Of a stretch of DNA of 64,000 nt, positions 1 to 9,754 are shown in pieces. The first letter of the stretch is position 1. Each line of letters starts with the position of its first letter. The stretch spans positions 32,203-96,202 of the forward strand of contig PFEU01000018.1 of NCBI GenBank assembly GCA_002793515.1. The letters are read 5' to 3'. Under the pieces are notes generated by a model. The model had not been told where the DNA came from. It made no database searches and saw nothing but the letters and a program-made list of their open reading frames with translations. The stretch is from Candidatus Uhrbacteria bacterium CG10_big_fil_rev_8_21_14_0_10_48_16 (GTDB lineage Bacteria; Patescibacteriota; Patescibacteriia; UBA9934; GWF2-40-263). A program made the position numbers and the translations under genes.

Positions 1-62
1 AAATGAATGCCGATGCATTCATTCAAGGATATGGCGATATCCACGGAGCGGTGCTGATCTAA
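1..62 (+). CDS. 3' end of a gene, probably methionyl-tRNA formyltransferase (partial)
   Basis: Frame 3 reads MNADAFIQGYGDIHGAVLI* (TAA 60-62), resembling the Fmt C-terminus (M.a..F..Gy). Confidence 0.45.
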   Translation, partial: MNADAFIQGYGDIHGAVLI

Positions 63-1585
63 GACTCACGTGACGCCATCACCCCCACGGGTTGCTTTGC
101 CGAGAAAATCTCTTCAATAAAAACAGTACTGCTTGAAACGTGCTGTTTTTTTAATGGAAGGAATGGGATTAAAAAGAGGAGGTACCCGAGCCCGATTGGA
201 TGATTTAAGTACGGGGAGAAAAAATGTGTCGCGAAGAGGAAGACAATCCCTGTCACCAGCGCATGGCCAAGCCAGGCTTGTTGGGTCCAGGTATACGCCC
301 AAAGACGCCGTGTAAGCTCGTAGCCGGCGAATAAGAATCCAATGGGTCCAAGAACCCCCATCTTCAGCCACAGCTCAAGCCAGCCCCATTCCATCGACAC
401 CGTCGTCCACATTCCATCGGGGTTAATCTCACGAGCCCGAGGATCATCTGTCTCAAACGTCACAGACTTCCCGAACCCGTGGCCCAGAAGCGGACTTTCA
501 AAAATCTCGTTCAACATAGGAGTCAAAAGATTCCATCGACTCGAGATTCCTACATCTTGTGAATCGGTTGTCCGATCTTTTAGGGAGTGCATCAGAGAAG
601 CACCTGTCAATCCTTTTCCTGGGAATGGAAACAGCGCGATGGAAACAAGAAGAAAAATACTCAAAGCAACGGTGAGAAACCCAAATCCCGTAAAACGAAC
701 CACCGTCTTGAATGAAGGTTTTACGGATCGATACAAGAGGACAAGAAGGAACACAACAGCAATGAAGAGTCCTACCCAAAAACTTCTGGAAAGCGCGAGG
801 AGAACAACCGCAAAAACAACAGCTCCAAGACCGATGATCCATCCCTTTTTCTGCGCGACACCTGTCATTGCCAAGAGAATCCACCCAAACAAAATCGTGA
901 ATACCTGCGACTGAAGAAAAATTCGATAGGCTCCTCCATCAAGTGCCGTAATCTCAGCCACACGGAGATCGCGAAAGAAGTAATACGTCACCTGCAGGAT
1001 TCCCTCCCCAAAATGGGAGAAAATAAATAGGAGAACAAAAGACAATCCCGCGACCCAAAGCGCCCCCGCCGTAAGAATCTGAAGAAGCTCATGACGATGC
1101 GTGTGCGTCCAAGAAATACTGAGAATCGGAAGCAGATACAATAAATAGAGATACGCATTCCCATCAGAAAATACCGCTGAAGGATCTCGAGACAGAACCC
1201 CAATGATGAGTCCAACAAAAGCGGCGAGTACGAGAAACACAAAGATTTGTGCTCGGCCGTCTTTCAGCACTGGCTTATAGCGTTTTGTGAGCCACCCAAT
1301 CCCCCACCCTGTCATGACCCCAGCAAAGATGGCCATCCGTAACGACACGGTAAATCCAGAGACATCTGTTTGCACAAGGACTCCGTGCGGATTACTAAAG
1401 AGTTCAATGAAGACAAGATAAAGTGCTTTGTCGGGGTGTTTGTACGAAAGGTAAACGCTTGCAAGAGCAATAATCCCCAAGATCATTCCTGAAAATGAGG
1501 AAAGGTATCCTATCAGTCCGAGGACATACAACCCTCCGATCACGAGAAGGGCACGCCAAAATGTATGAGAGAAAAACTGAGACAT
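59..1585 (-). CDS. O-antigen ligase/Wzy-like polytopic membrane protein
   Basis: Many TM segments; LALSRSFW, 'SSRW...SPLLGHGFG' and 'WLELWLKMGVLG' motifs of the Wzy_C family; lies in a glycosyltransferase cluster. Confidence 0.8.
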   Translation of the reverse strand: MSQFFSHTFWRALLVIGGLYVLGLIGYLSSFSGMILGIIALASVYLSYKHPDKALYLVFIELFSNPHGVLVQTDVSGFTVSLRMAIFAGVMTGWGIGWLTKRYKPVLKDGRAQIFVFLVLAAFVGLIIGVLSRDPSAVFSDGNAYLYLLYLLPILSISWTHTHRHELLQILTAGALWVAGLSFVLLFIFSHFGEGILQVTYYFFRDLRVAEITALDGGAYRIFLQSQVFTILFGWILLAMTGVAQKKGWIIGLGAVVFAVVLLALSRSFWVGLFIAVVFLLVLLYRSVKPSFKTVVRFTGFGFLTVALSIFLLVSIALFPFPGKGLTGASLMHSLKDRTTDSQDVGISSRWNLLTPMLNEIFESPLLGHGFGKSVTFETDDPRAREINPDGMWTTVSMEWGWLELWLKMGVLGPIGFLFAGYELTRRLWAYTWTQQAWLGHALVTGIVFLFATHFFSPYLNHPIGLGYLLFLIPFLPLKKQHVSSSTVFIEEIFSAKQPVGVMASRES

Positions 1586-1589
1586 ACCG

Positions 1590-2435
1590 TTACCGAGGTT
1601 TAATAATGGAAGTCACGACGCTCATACACCAGAAGATCGGTTCGCCGAGGAGAAAGATCATACCACCCCACACCCCATAGTGCTTAAACATGTATCGACG
1701 AATGCTTCGACGAAGCATGGCTTGCTTCTTGATCGTCGCCACACGGTCAAAACTCGCTCCTTTTTTGTGCTTTGTATGAATATCTGAAAAATAGCGCACA
1801 CGCCAACCAGCATCCTTCGCCCGCTGGCAATAATCAACCTCCTCATACCACATGAAAAATCCGTCATCGAGAAGCCCAATCTCATCCAACACCTCACGTC
1901 GGATACAGAAGAATGCGCCCATCACTTGATCTACGTCGGCGGACTGCGTGTAGTCAAAATCACGCATAAGCCAGCGCTTCAGCGGGGGGAGATTTGGAAA
2001 TGGATGGTTCAGCTTGAGAAGAAGGAGAATCTGATCGCAAGGTTTGGGGAAAGACCAGACACAGTCTTGTTGAGACCCATCCATATTCTGTAAGGAAATT
2101 CCTCCGATTCCGACCTCAACATGTGTAATCATCTTTGCTTCAATCTGATCGAGCGCGTTATCTTCAAAAAGAATGTCTGGATTCACTAAAACCACGTAAT
2201 CACCGGTTGCGTTCTTGATGGCAAGATTACACCCACCGGCAAATCCAAGATTCTCCTTGCTTATAATCAGATGAACCTGAGGGAAGCGACGCACAAGTTC
2301 ATCCGTTGAATCCCCTGACCCGTTCTCCACGACAAACACCTCAATTTCTTCTTTAGTATGATAGGCGAACAAGGACTCCAGCATCTTAAGCGTGTAGTCC
2401 ATGGTTTTATAGTTGACGGTAACGGTAGAGATCAT
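1590..2435 (-). CDS. Glycosyltransferase family 2 (WbbL/rhamnosyltransferase-like)
   Basis: VNY, ENGSGD, NLGFAGGCN, LVNPD, FFMWYEEVD; start MISTV at 2435 overlaps the upstream stop (ATGA). Confidence 0.9.
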   Translation of the reverse strand: MISTVTVNYKTMDYTLKMLESLFAYHTKEEIEVFVVENGSGDSTDELVRRFPQVHLIISKENLGFAGGCNLAIKNATGDYVVLVNPDILFEDNALDQIEAKMITHVEVGIGGISLQNMDGSQQDCVWSFPKPCDQILLLLKLNHPFPNLPPLKRWLMRDFDYTQSADVDQVMGAFFCIRREVLDEIGLLDDGFFMWYEEVDYCQRAKDAGWRVRYFSDIHTKHKKGASFDRVATIKKQAMLRRSIRRYMFKHYGVWGGMIFLLGEPIFWCMSVVTSIIKPR

Positions 2436-3136
2436 AGGTGATGTTTGGTTACGATCACGGCGCGTGATGCCTGATAATCTTTCATGCGTTTGGGCATCCA
2501 CCCGAGACGGTTCCAGGGAATGTTGTACATCATCTTCGGCATCCAGGTTGAGAGTGCGGGGCGCCCAGTCTCCACAAGAATGCGATACAGTCGTTCATCG
2601 ACAAATATCCCCTTCTTCCCTTGCTCAGACATCGTGAGCCAGAGGTCCCAATCCTGAAAGCGTTTAAGAGCTGGATCAAAGCCAGGAAAGTCTCCTCGAC
2701 GAATAAGCGATGACGTATGGATGTAGTTATTGATTCGCAAGGCCTTTGGATCAAATGTCTTTCCTTGAAACAAGGTCTTCCCCCAGAAAAACGATGCATA
2801 CGCCCAAGACGCATCAGGATGCCCGTTCAATGCCCTCTCGAGAGACTCAAGCATACACGACTCCCCCACCACATCCGCATCCCAAAAGATAACGAGGTCC
2901 CCGGTCGATTCTGCGAACCCAGCATTTCGAGCCATGGGAGCTCCTTGGTTTGCTTGATAGAGATAGGTGATATCAGGCATGTAAGGCTTGAGCACTTCTT
3001 TTGTTCGATCCGTTGACCCATCATCCACGACTATAATCTCGTTTGGTAATCGACTCTGAGCCTTAACCGAATCAAGGACACGAGGTAGTGTCTTTGCATG
3101 CTGATAGGTGGGAATGATGACAGATATTCGATTCAT
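2432..3136 (-). CDS. Glycosyltransferase family 2
   Basis: ISVIIPTY, VVDDGSTD, FWDAD, QDWDLW. Confidence 0.9.
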   Translation of the reverse strand: MNRISVIIPTYQHAKTLPRVLDSVKAQSRLPNEIIVVDDGSTDRTKEVLKPYMPDITYLYQANQGAPMARNAGFAESTGDLVIFWDADVVGESCMLESLERALNGHPDASWAYASFFWGKTLFQGKTFDPKALRINNYIHTSSLIRRGDFPGFDPALKRFQDWDLWLTMSEQGKKGIFVDERLYRILVETGRPALSTWMPKMMYNIPWNRLGWMPKRMKDYQASRAVIVTKHHL

Positions 3137-4227
3137 AGATACGGATCGAGTTTACTCATCTGTGTTTGGCATAGGAATTGCTTCGCGTGTTCACGCGCCT
3201 GCTGAGAAAATGCCGTTCGCAGTTCCGTGTCACGATAGAGAGCCAGAATCGCGTTCGCAAGTTCTTGCTCCGAATCGTTCTGCAATAGAATTCCGGTCTC
3301 CCCATGAATAACCGCCTCATCAACCCCTTCGATCGATGTACTAATAGACGGGAGTCCCTGCTGACCAGCTTCAATGAATACGAGTCCAAACCCTTCTTTA
3401 TCAATAGGGTCTTTTGAGACAGGTTCTACGAAGACATCGGACTGCGCATACAAAGTTGTCCGCTCCTGATCTGTCACAGCACCATGAAAGATCACCTGTT
3501 CACCAATTCCAAGCGTCTCCACCATCGACCTGAGCGTCTCTTCCATCGGACCGGTCCCAACGATGTGATACGTGAAAGCACGAAGCTCCCCTGTTCCCTT
3601 GAGATGCGCAAGTGCATTTAACACATGCGCGTGCCCCTTTCGCTCTACAAGACGACTGACCGTAAGAAGCTGAAACGTCTCTACATCTGTCTTTTCCTGA
3701 ACAGGCGCAACAATCTCATTCACACAGGGGTACACAACCAAAACCTCTTTTACCCCATAGATTTGGGCAACTTCTCGTGCCAATGCCTGAGAATTCGCAA
3801 CAACAAGATGAGCCCCGTTCAACACCTTACGACTGAGATTTAATTTCCTCGCAGAAGACTGTGCCAAACGCACATCCATCCCATGGACAAACACCACATA
3901 AGGAACGCGTGTGAACATTTTTGCGATCCAGGCGGCTGATCCTATGGGAAGCACATGGCTCGTTAAGATCATGTCGTAACGCGCACGATACTTCCAGAGA
4001 TACTGAACCGTCTTCAGCCAGCGTGGCCACATCCATGTACTCAGGAGCGGTGCACGATAAATGGGATAGCCCGCCGTGGGATCAAACGTGTTCCATAGAG
4101 GATTCGGGTCTGTAAGTACCTCAATTCGATCTTGTAGATGATTTGCAACGGCCTTCAAATAGCGAGCTACCCCTCCCTCTTTGGGTGGGAAATCTGGAGT
4201 CACAAGGAGAATCTTTTTTCCATTCAT
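3133..4227 (-). CDS. Glycosyltransferase family 4
   Basis: DFPPKEGGVARY, VSRLVERKG, EGFGLVFIEA. Confidence 0.9.
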   Translation of the reverse strand: MNGKKILLVTPDFPPKEGGVARYLKAVANHLQDRIEVLTDPNPLWNTFDPTAGYPIYRAPLLSTWMWPRWLKTVQYLWKYRARYDMILTSHVLPIGSAAWIAKMFTRVPYVVFVHGMDVRLAQSSARKLNLSRKVLNGAHLVVANSQALAREVAQIYGVKEVLVVYPCVNEIVAPVQEKTDVETFQLLTVSRLVERKGHAHVLNALAHLKGTGELRAFTYHIVGTGPMEETLRSMVETLGIGEQVIFHGAVTDQERTTLYAQSDVFVEPVSKDPIDKEGFGLVFIEAGQQGLPSISTSIEGVDEAVIHGETGILLQNDSEQELANAILALYRDTELRTAFSQQAREHAKQFLCQTQMSKLDPYL

Positions 4228-5648
4228 ATATTGCGAACGTACGTAAGATCCGACATCTTCAAAGATTTAGTCAAAACGAGCGCTCCAAGATAGACGAGTC
4301 CACCGATAGGAATCACCACTACCCATCCAACCACGGGTTTCAATCCAATTACCACAGCAAGCATCAGCAACCCACTCATGTAAATGGGGAGAATCGTTTT
4401 AAGAAGTACTCTAAGGGAAAAGCTCGGAAGCACAGAACGGACAAAATAGAGACCCGCAAGGAACATGAAGATAAAGCTTACAAGTGCCGCATACACCGCT
4501 CCAAGGATTGCTATGTGAGGAATCAACACAGCGTTGAACACAATATTTATCACCATAGTCAAACCCATAATGGCTGTCTTTGTCGATTGTCGCCCAGAAG
4601 CATTTAACAGAGCACCAATAGGAAAATCGAGAAAAATTGGGATAAGGACAAATATAAGCATCTGCAAGACAACCCCTGCCTCAAGATAATCCTCTCCCGC
4701 TAAAAGAACCGCATCAGGAGCAATGGCATAAATACCAAAAACGATCGGTGCAGAAAGGATCGCCATATACCACATCGAACGCATCAATATGCGCACCAAG
4801 GCTGACTCATCCTTCCCTACCACGGCACTCATCCCTGGGTATAAAGCGGCAATGAATGCGAGAGGAAGAAACTGAAAGGCATAGGTAAACTTATACGCAA
4901 TAGCATAGAGTCCGACCGCTGTGAGATCGAGCATCTTAGAGATAAAGATGGAATCAACATAGGAGTAGACTTTGACAAAGATTGCGGCGAGGGCAAAGGG
5001 AAAAGCGGTTTTTAGAAACCAAAGCGTTTGCGACTTGGACCACGTCGGCAAAAAAACGCGCCATCCAAGTCGTTTTGCGACTTGTACCCCTGCCACGCAG
5101 ACATTGATAAAGCTTCCTCCCATCAATGCCATAATGAGAAGCGGAAGCGAAGGATACAGCCAAAGGACAAGACCCCCAATCAATGCGGTCATCCCCATAC
5201 TCACAAACACTCCAACGGCCTCATATTGAAGGGCTTGAAAACCCCTGAGGACTCCATAGAGAAAGACCTGAAACGCATCTAGCAACAAGACCGCACAAGC
5301 CAACCAAATGAGGAATTGAATCTCTGGATCATATTGAAGAATGTATCCAGATACGATCGCTCCAAGAATGGCGAGGACGATCAAAGGGAATTTCAATCCA
5401 AGAGCGTAAGAAACGAGCTCTCCTGCTCGATTCTTATTTTTAGCTACTTCACGAATAACCACTGAGGTGATCCCAAAATCCGCAACCACAGAGAAAATGA
5501 CTGTGATCGAAATCGCCAAGAAATATTGTCCCGTTGCGTCTGGCGCCATGATTCTGGCGAGGAACAAAAAGTAGACAAAAGCGATTAACTTTTGTCCAAC
5601 AGAGGCGGCGGTTAAATAGAGGGTATTTTTCGCTACTCGATCAGTCAC
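4224..5648 (-). CDS. Wzx-type polysaccharide flippase
   Basis: VAKNTLYL, LARI, ADFGIT..REVA, VGLYAIAYK; 12-14 TM segments; GTG start. Confidence 0.88.
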   Translation of the reverse strand: MTDRVAKNTLYLTAASVGQKLIAFVYFLFLARIMAPDATGQYFLAISITVIFSVVADFGITSVVIREVAKNKNRAGELVSYALGLKFPLIVLAILGAIVSGYILQYDPEIQFLIWLACAVLLLDAFQVFLYGVLRGFQALQYEAVGVFVSMGMTALIGGLVLWLYPSLPLLIMALMGGSFINVCVAGVQVAKRLGWRVFLPTWSKSQTLWFLKTAFPFALAAIFVKVYSYVDSIFISKMLDLTAVGLYAIAYKFTYAFQFLPLAFIAALYPGMSAVVGKDESALVRILMRSMWYMAILSAPIVFGIYAIAPDAVLLAGEDYLEAGVVLQMLIFVLIPIFLDFPIGALLNASGRQSTKTAIMGLTMVINIVFNAVLIPHIAILGAVYAALVSFIFMFLAGLYFVRSVLPSFSLRVLLKTILPIYMSGLLMLAVVIGLKPVVGWVVVIPIGGLVYLGALVLTKSLKMSDLTYVRNI

Positions 5649-5690
5649 ACAGGACTATTGTAATGGATTTTCGCGAAAAGAAAAAGAAAA

Positions 5691-5710
5691 TCCGCCAGTC
5701 TGATGGCGGA
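5691..5710 (-). terminator. Intrinsic terminator of orphan module A
   Basis: TCCGCCA/TGGCGGA stem followed by a T-rich tract on the minus strand. Confidence 0.75.
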
Positions 5711-5736
5711 GCGTTGATGTTGGAGTTGGGAGCGTG

Positions 5737-6732
5737 CTACTCGTCTTCGAACTCCTCGGGGTCCTCAATCTCGACGATCGGGGACTTCGTGTGATGTCCT
5801 CGCCGAGCGAGTTCTGCCAGATCGACGGGCTTGAGGTCGACGAGATCCGGAGCGGCCATCATGGTGAGACCTTCTCCACCACCTTCCCGCAGACCCGCCA
5901 TCAGATTCTGGAGCGGATCCAGACCGAGGTTGGTGTGCCCTACCCGATCGAGGTCGTAGCCGAAGTCCCTGAGCTGACCAGAGACGAAGGCGTCCTGTGC
6001 GTACGTCGCCTTCCAGAGGCTGTGCAGGAGCTCGCCGAAGTACGTGTCGACGATCGTGATCAGCTGATCCCAGTGATCTCCGCCCGATTCCCACGGATCC
6101 ACCTCGGGGATGGGTTCGGTGGGCATGGTGGGATCTGAGGAGTATCCATGCTCATGCAGGTAGTGCTTGATCTTGGCGAATGGCCAGTTCTTGGCCTTCC
6201 ACATGTCCCATTCGTGGTGAAGTCGGGACGTAGAACTTCCCCGGGTGGGAAGCACTCCACGAACGCCTTCCTTGGTGACAACACCCATCATCTCGACGAA
6301 GGTTCCCTCGCGAGGAGGAGCGAGGACTGAGAGAGCTTGGCAACCCTTCTTGAGCCGACCGCTCGCGTCGTAGCGAACGTCGAGGCCTCCCTCCGCACTC
6401 GGAACGAACTTCGGGGCGGGCACATCGAGCGCACCCATCATGGTTCGGTTTATCCTCTTGGCGAAGAGACGCCTGAGGGTCGTCTCCGTGGCCGGGCTGA
6501 CCAGGAATTCCCAGCGGTCGGTGATGATGCCGGGGGTGATCTCCTGCTTCGTGACCGTCAGGCGGACACTCAGCGTGGCGGGAACGAGGAGCCCTCCGGG
6601 CTCCAGTCGGACCGTTCCGATTCCGAGCCTGCGGGCGAGATCGAGATCGTACTTGATCTCCTTTCGCCCACTGGATGCCTCGACCTGAGGTCGAAGCGAG
6701 ACCCTTGCGATGTGAACGGGGGGTTGAGTCAT
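5737..6732 (-). CDS. GC-rich orphan protein (module A), about 331 aa, acidic C-tail
   Basis: Long ORF; ATG 6732 preceded by AAGGAGGTGA (6737-6746); no family recognised. Confidence 0.75.
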   Translation of the reverse strand: MTQPPVHIARVSLRPQVEASSGRKEIKYDLDLARRLGIGTVRLEPGGLLVPATLSVRLTVTKQEITPGIITDRWEFLVSPATETTLRRLFAKRINRTMMGALDVPAPKFVPSAEGGLDVRYDASGRLKKGCQALSVLAPPREGTFVEMMGVVTKEGVRGVLPTRGSSTSRLHHEWDMWKAKNWPFAKIKHYLHEHGYSSDPTMPTEPIPEVDPWESGGDHWDQLITIVDTYFGELLHSLWKATYAQDAFVSGQLRDFGYDLDRVGHTNLGLDPLQNLMAGLREGGGEGLTMMAAPDLVDLKPVDLAELARRGHHTKSPIVEIEDPEEFEDE

Positions 6733-6753
6733 GTGTTCACCTCCTTCGCGCAA

Positions 6754-6783
6754 AATTTAAGCATAAATAGGAAACAAAGTCAA
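6754..6783 (-). promoter_or_regulatory. Sigma70-type promoter of module A
   Basis: TTGACT (6778-6783), 17/18-nt spacer, TTAAAT/TAAATT; the -35 box overlaps the rpsI terminator arm. Confidence 0.6.
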
Positions 6784-6808
6784 AGCCAGGGAGTAATCCC
6801 TGGCTTTG
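6781..6808 (-). terminator. Terminator of the ribosomal protein operon
   Basis: Perfect 12-bp stem CAAAGCCAGGGA/TCCCTGGCTTTG just after the rpsI stop. Confidence 0.8.
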
Positions 6809-6825
6809 AAAATTGAATTGATTGT

Positions 6826-7230
6826 TTATCGCTTTGACCACTGTCCTGAACGTCGAGCTGACTTCTTTCCTGGCTTTTTTCGCTCCTTCACTCGTGGATC
6901 ACGAGTCACGAATCCGGCTTTCTTGAGTGTTGCTCGAAATTCTGGATTGAACTCCATGAGCGCTCGAGTGATTCCCAACCGGATAGCATCAGCCTGTCCG
7001 TGGATTCCACCTCCTGTCACATGCACGGTAATATCGAAAACGTTATCCATCCCTGTTTCACGAAGCGGAGCCTTTACCGCCTGTTGCATGATTTCGATTG
7101 GCAAGTATTCTTCTAACTCGCGCTCAAAAATCTTGATAGATCCAGATCCACCATTATGTAGACGAACACGAGCAACGGCTTGCTTTCGTCGTCCGATGGC
7201 TTCAATATATTTGATTTCGTTGGTACTCAT
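6826..7230 (-). CDS. rpsI: 30S ribosomal protein S9
   Basis: GRRKQAVARV, GGGIHGQADAIR, RDPRVKERKKPG..QWSKR. Confidence 0.98.
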   Translation of the reverse strand: MSTNEIKYIEAIGRRKQAVARVRLHNGGSGSIKIFERELEEYLPIEIMQQAVKAPLRETGMDNVFDITVHVTGGGIHGQADAIRLGITRALMEFNPEFRATLKKAGFVTRDPRVKERKKPGKKSARRSGQWSKR

Positions 7231-7235
7231 ATCAG

Positions 7236-7586
7236 CTAGTTCGTTACGACAAGACGCTTTAGACGCTCGTTGCGGTGCTTGTTCTTTGGAAGCATACGAG
7301 ATACCGCTCGTCGAAGAACTTCACCAGGATCTTCATTCCAAACCTTACTCATTTTTTTCTCACGCAACCCTTGCGCGTATTCTGTGTGGTGATAATAAAC
7401 TTTTTGATCCATTTTCTTTCCCGTGACAACCATTTTGCTTGCATTGAGAACCTGAACATGATCTCCATCATCAATGTGAGGAGTGTAGGTAGACTTGTGC
7501 TTTCCAATCAAAAGTCTTGCAATCTCTGTGGCGAGACGACCAGGAGCTTTTCCTTCCGCATCAAGTGTGTGAATTTCTCGTGACAT
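7236..7586 (-). CDS. rplM: 50S ribosomal protein L13 (short form)
   Basis: DAEGKAPGRLAT, GKHKSTYTPHIDDGD, AVSRMLPKN. Confidence 0.97.
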   Translation of the reverse strand: MSREIHTLDAEGKAPGRLATEIARLLIGKHKSTYTPHIDDGDHVQVLNASKMVVTGKKMDQKVYYHHTEYAQGLREKKMSKVWNEDPGEVLRRAVSRMLPKNKHRNERLKRLVVTN

Positions 7587-7598
7587 AACATTCATAAA

Positions 7599-7949
7599 CT
7601 AGACAAGTTCAATCTGAACCATATCAGCCCCATCGTTCTTACGAGGTCCGATGTTGATGATTCTTGTATATCCACCTGGACGATTCTCGTAACGTACAGC
7701 GAGAACATCGAAAATTTTGTTGACAGGATGATCGGTGTAGAAAAAACTAAGAAGCTTTCGTCGAGAAGCAAGTGTCTGTGTTTTTCCAGAAGTGATAGCC
7801 TTTTCCACGAGAGGCTTGACCGCCTTTGCTTTCGCTTGGGTGGTGGTTACCTTTTCATGCAAAATGACACTTGCGGCAAGATTTCTAAGCAAGGCTTCTC
7901 GAGGAGCCTTCTCTCTTCCCAATTTTGTCTCTTTCTTTCGATGACGCAT
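7599..7949 (-). CDS. rplQ: 50S ribosomal protein L17
   Basis: MRHRK..KLGR, TTTQAKAK, RPGGYTRI. Confidence 0.98.
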   Translation of the reverse strand: MRHRKKETKLGREKAPREALLRNLAASVILHEKVTTTQAKAKAVKPLVEKAITSGKTQTLASRRKLLSFFYTDHPVNKIFDVLAVRYENRPGGYTRIINIGPRKNDGADMVQIELV

Positions 7950-7955
7950 ATAATT

Positions 7956-8708
7956 CTATTCCTCCGAAATTTCAGCCGTCCCAGCTTCTTCAAATGATTC
8001 AGCAGGTAAAGATGATGCCTGATTATTTGTCAAAATTGAGAAGTAGTCAATAAGAATCTTTGCAGACTCCTCAACTGCTTCCTTTGGAGTAATTGTTCCG
8101 TCTGTCTCTATATTCATGATCAACCGGTCGTAGTTGGTAATTTCACCAACACGTGTATTCTCAACTCGGTAGCCTACATTTCGTACAGGAGAGAACAGCG
8201 CATCGATTGAAATCGTTCCGAGATCTCGATTTTCTTCATTCGCTCGATCCTCACTTGTTGTATATCCACGCCCTCTTCGAACTGTGAGCTCCATCTCTAA
8301 TGAAGCACTATCCTCTGTAATTGTTGCGAGAACGAGGTCTGTATTGATGATTTCAACATCCGCATTTGGGGCAATATCTCCAGCGGTAACAACCTTTGAT
8401 CCGGAAACACTCAACGTAAGCTTTACTGGTTCGTCGGAAAAACATTTAAGACGAAGGGACTTGATATTAAGGATCATCTCGAGAGCATCTTCCTTCACTC
8501 CCTTTACCGCCTGAAACTCGTGGTTAACTCCCTTAATTTTGACAGCTGTGACAGCAGCTCCCGGAAGCGTTGATAAAAGGACACGTCGTAACGCGTTTCC
8601 TAAGGTTGTCCCGTATCCATAAAAACAAGGGTCAATGGTAAGAACGCCCTCATTTGCGCGTTCACCGTCCTCGTATTGAATACGTGATGGAAGAAGAATG
8701 TTCTCCAT
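7956..8708 (-). CDS. rpoA: RNA polymerase alpha subunit, 250 aa, lacking the alpha-CTD
   Basis: GYGTTLGNALRRVLLS, GVKED, IDALFSPV, TDGTITP; ends in a short acidic tail. Confidence 0.97.
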   Translation of the reverse strand: MENILLPSRIQYEDGERANEGVLTIDPCFYGYGTTLGNALRRVLLSTLPGAAVTAVKIKGVNHEFQAVKGVKEDALEMILNIKSLRLKCFSDEPVKLTLSVSGSKVVTAGDIAPNADVEIINTDLVLATITEDSASLEMELTVRRGRGYTTSEDRANEENRDLGTISIDALFSPVRNVGYRVENTRVGEITNYDRLIMNIETDGTITPKEAVEESAKILIDYFSILTNNQASSLPAESFEEAGTAEISEE

Positions 8709-8732
8709 ACTGGAAAGATTTAAAAATGATGA

Positions 8733-9347
8733 TTATCGAGAGTAAAACTCAACGATGAATGTTGGATCAAAACCTTGTTTGAGATCCTCGCCTTCTGGGA
8801 TCGCTGTAATCTTTCCAGTCATGGTCTTCTCATCTCGTGAAATCCAGCTTGGGAGAGTTCCCAGATTCATAGCCTCAGGGATTACTTTGATAATACCCTT
8901 TTCAACCTTTGAAGCCTTCACGGTAATCACATCACCTACGGACACAATAAAGGATGGAATATCAACACGCGCACCATTTACCTGAATAAATCCATGACTA
9001 ACCATCTGACGAGACTGTCGGCGAGTTCTTGCCCAACCGAGTCGGTAAATCACGTTATCAAGTCTGGTTTCAAGAAGTTGAACGAGGTTTTCAGCTGTAT
9101 TGCCTTCTCTTCGTGTTGCTTTCTCGAAATATCCAGCAAATTGCTTCTCCATCACCCCGTAAATCGCCTTCGCTTTCTGCTTTTCTTTTAATTGTTCACC
9201 AAAAGAAGAGAGTCGTGGACGACGACGAGCCTGTTTCGGACCATGTACACCAGGTGGATATGGACGTCGTTTAACGTACTTTTCCTTACCTAAAGTAATG
9301 CCTAATCGGCGAGAGAGTTTTACAATGGGAGTTCGCTTCGTTGCCAT
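8733..9347 (-). CDS. rpsD: 30S ribosomal protein S4
   Basis: PPGVHG, QLKEKQK, LETRLDNVIYRLG, VEFYSR. Confidence 0.98.
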   Translation of the reverse strand: MATKRTPIVKLSRRLGITLGKEKYVKRRPYPPGVHGPKQARRRPRLSSFGEQLKEKQKAKAIYGVMEKQFAGYFEKATRREGNTAENLVQLLETRLDNVIYRLGWARTRRQSRQMVSHGFIQVNGARVDIPSFIVSVGDVITVKASKVEKGIIKVIPEAMNLGTLPSWISRDEKTMTGKITAIPEGEDLKQGFDPTFIVEFYSR

Positions 9348-9350
9348 ATT

Positions 9351-9749
9351 CTAGACGCGACGTGGTTTAGGTTGACGACAGCCGTTATGTGGAAGAGGAG
9401 TGATGTCCTTAATAGCAAGAACCTGAAATCCATTTGCGTTAAGCGCACGGATTGCAGAGTCACGACCTGATCCGACTCCTTTTACAAAGACGTTAAGTTC
9501 TTTCAAACCTGTATCTTTTACCCGTTCAGCAGCATTCTTTACGACAATACTTGCTGCATAGGGAGTAGACTTCTTTGGTCCTTTAAATCCACAGTTTCCT
9601 GCGCTTGACCATCCAAGTGCATTTCCATTCAAGTCCGTAAGGGTCACAATCGTATTGTTATACGTTGACTGAATATAAGCACAGCCCTGTGACACTTGTC
9701 GGGCGACTTTTTTCTTTGCACGTGATTTTGAGTTGCTCTGAACAGCCAT
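9351..9749 (-). CDS. rpsK: 30S ribosomal protein S11
   Basis: STYNNTIVT, KSTPYAA, DITPLPHNGCR. Confidence 0.98.
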   Translation of the reverse strand: MAVQSNSKSRAKKKVARQVSQGCAYIQSTYNNTIVTLTDLNGNALGWSSAGNCGFKGPKKSTPYAASIVVKNAAERVKDTGLKELNVFVKGVGSGRDSAIRALNANGFQVLAIKDITPLPHNGCRQPKPRRV

Positions 9750-9754
9750 AAAGT

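Noticed and set aside
2-23. Inverted repeat AATGAATGC/GCATTCATT at the window start
   Set aside because: It lies within the coding 3' end of the partial plus-strand gene; it may act as a terminator for the convergent operon but is unremarkable.
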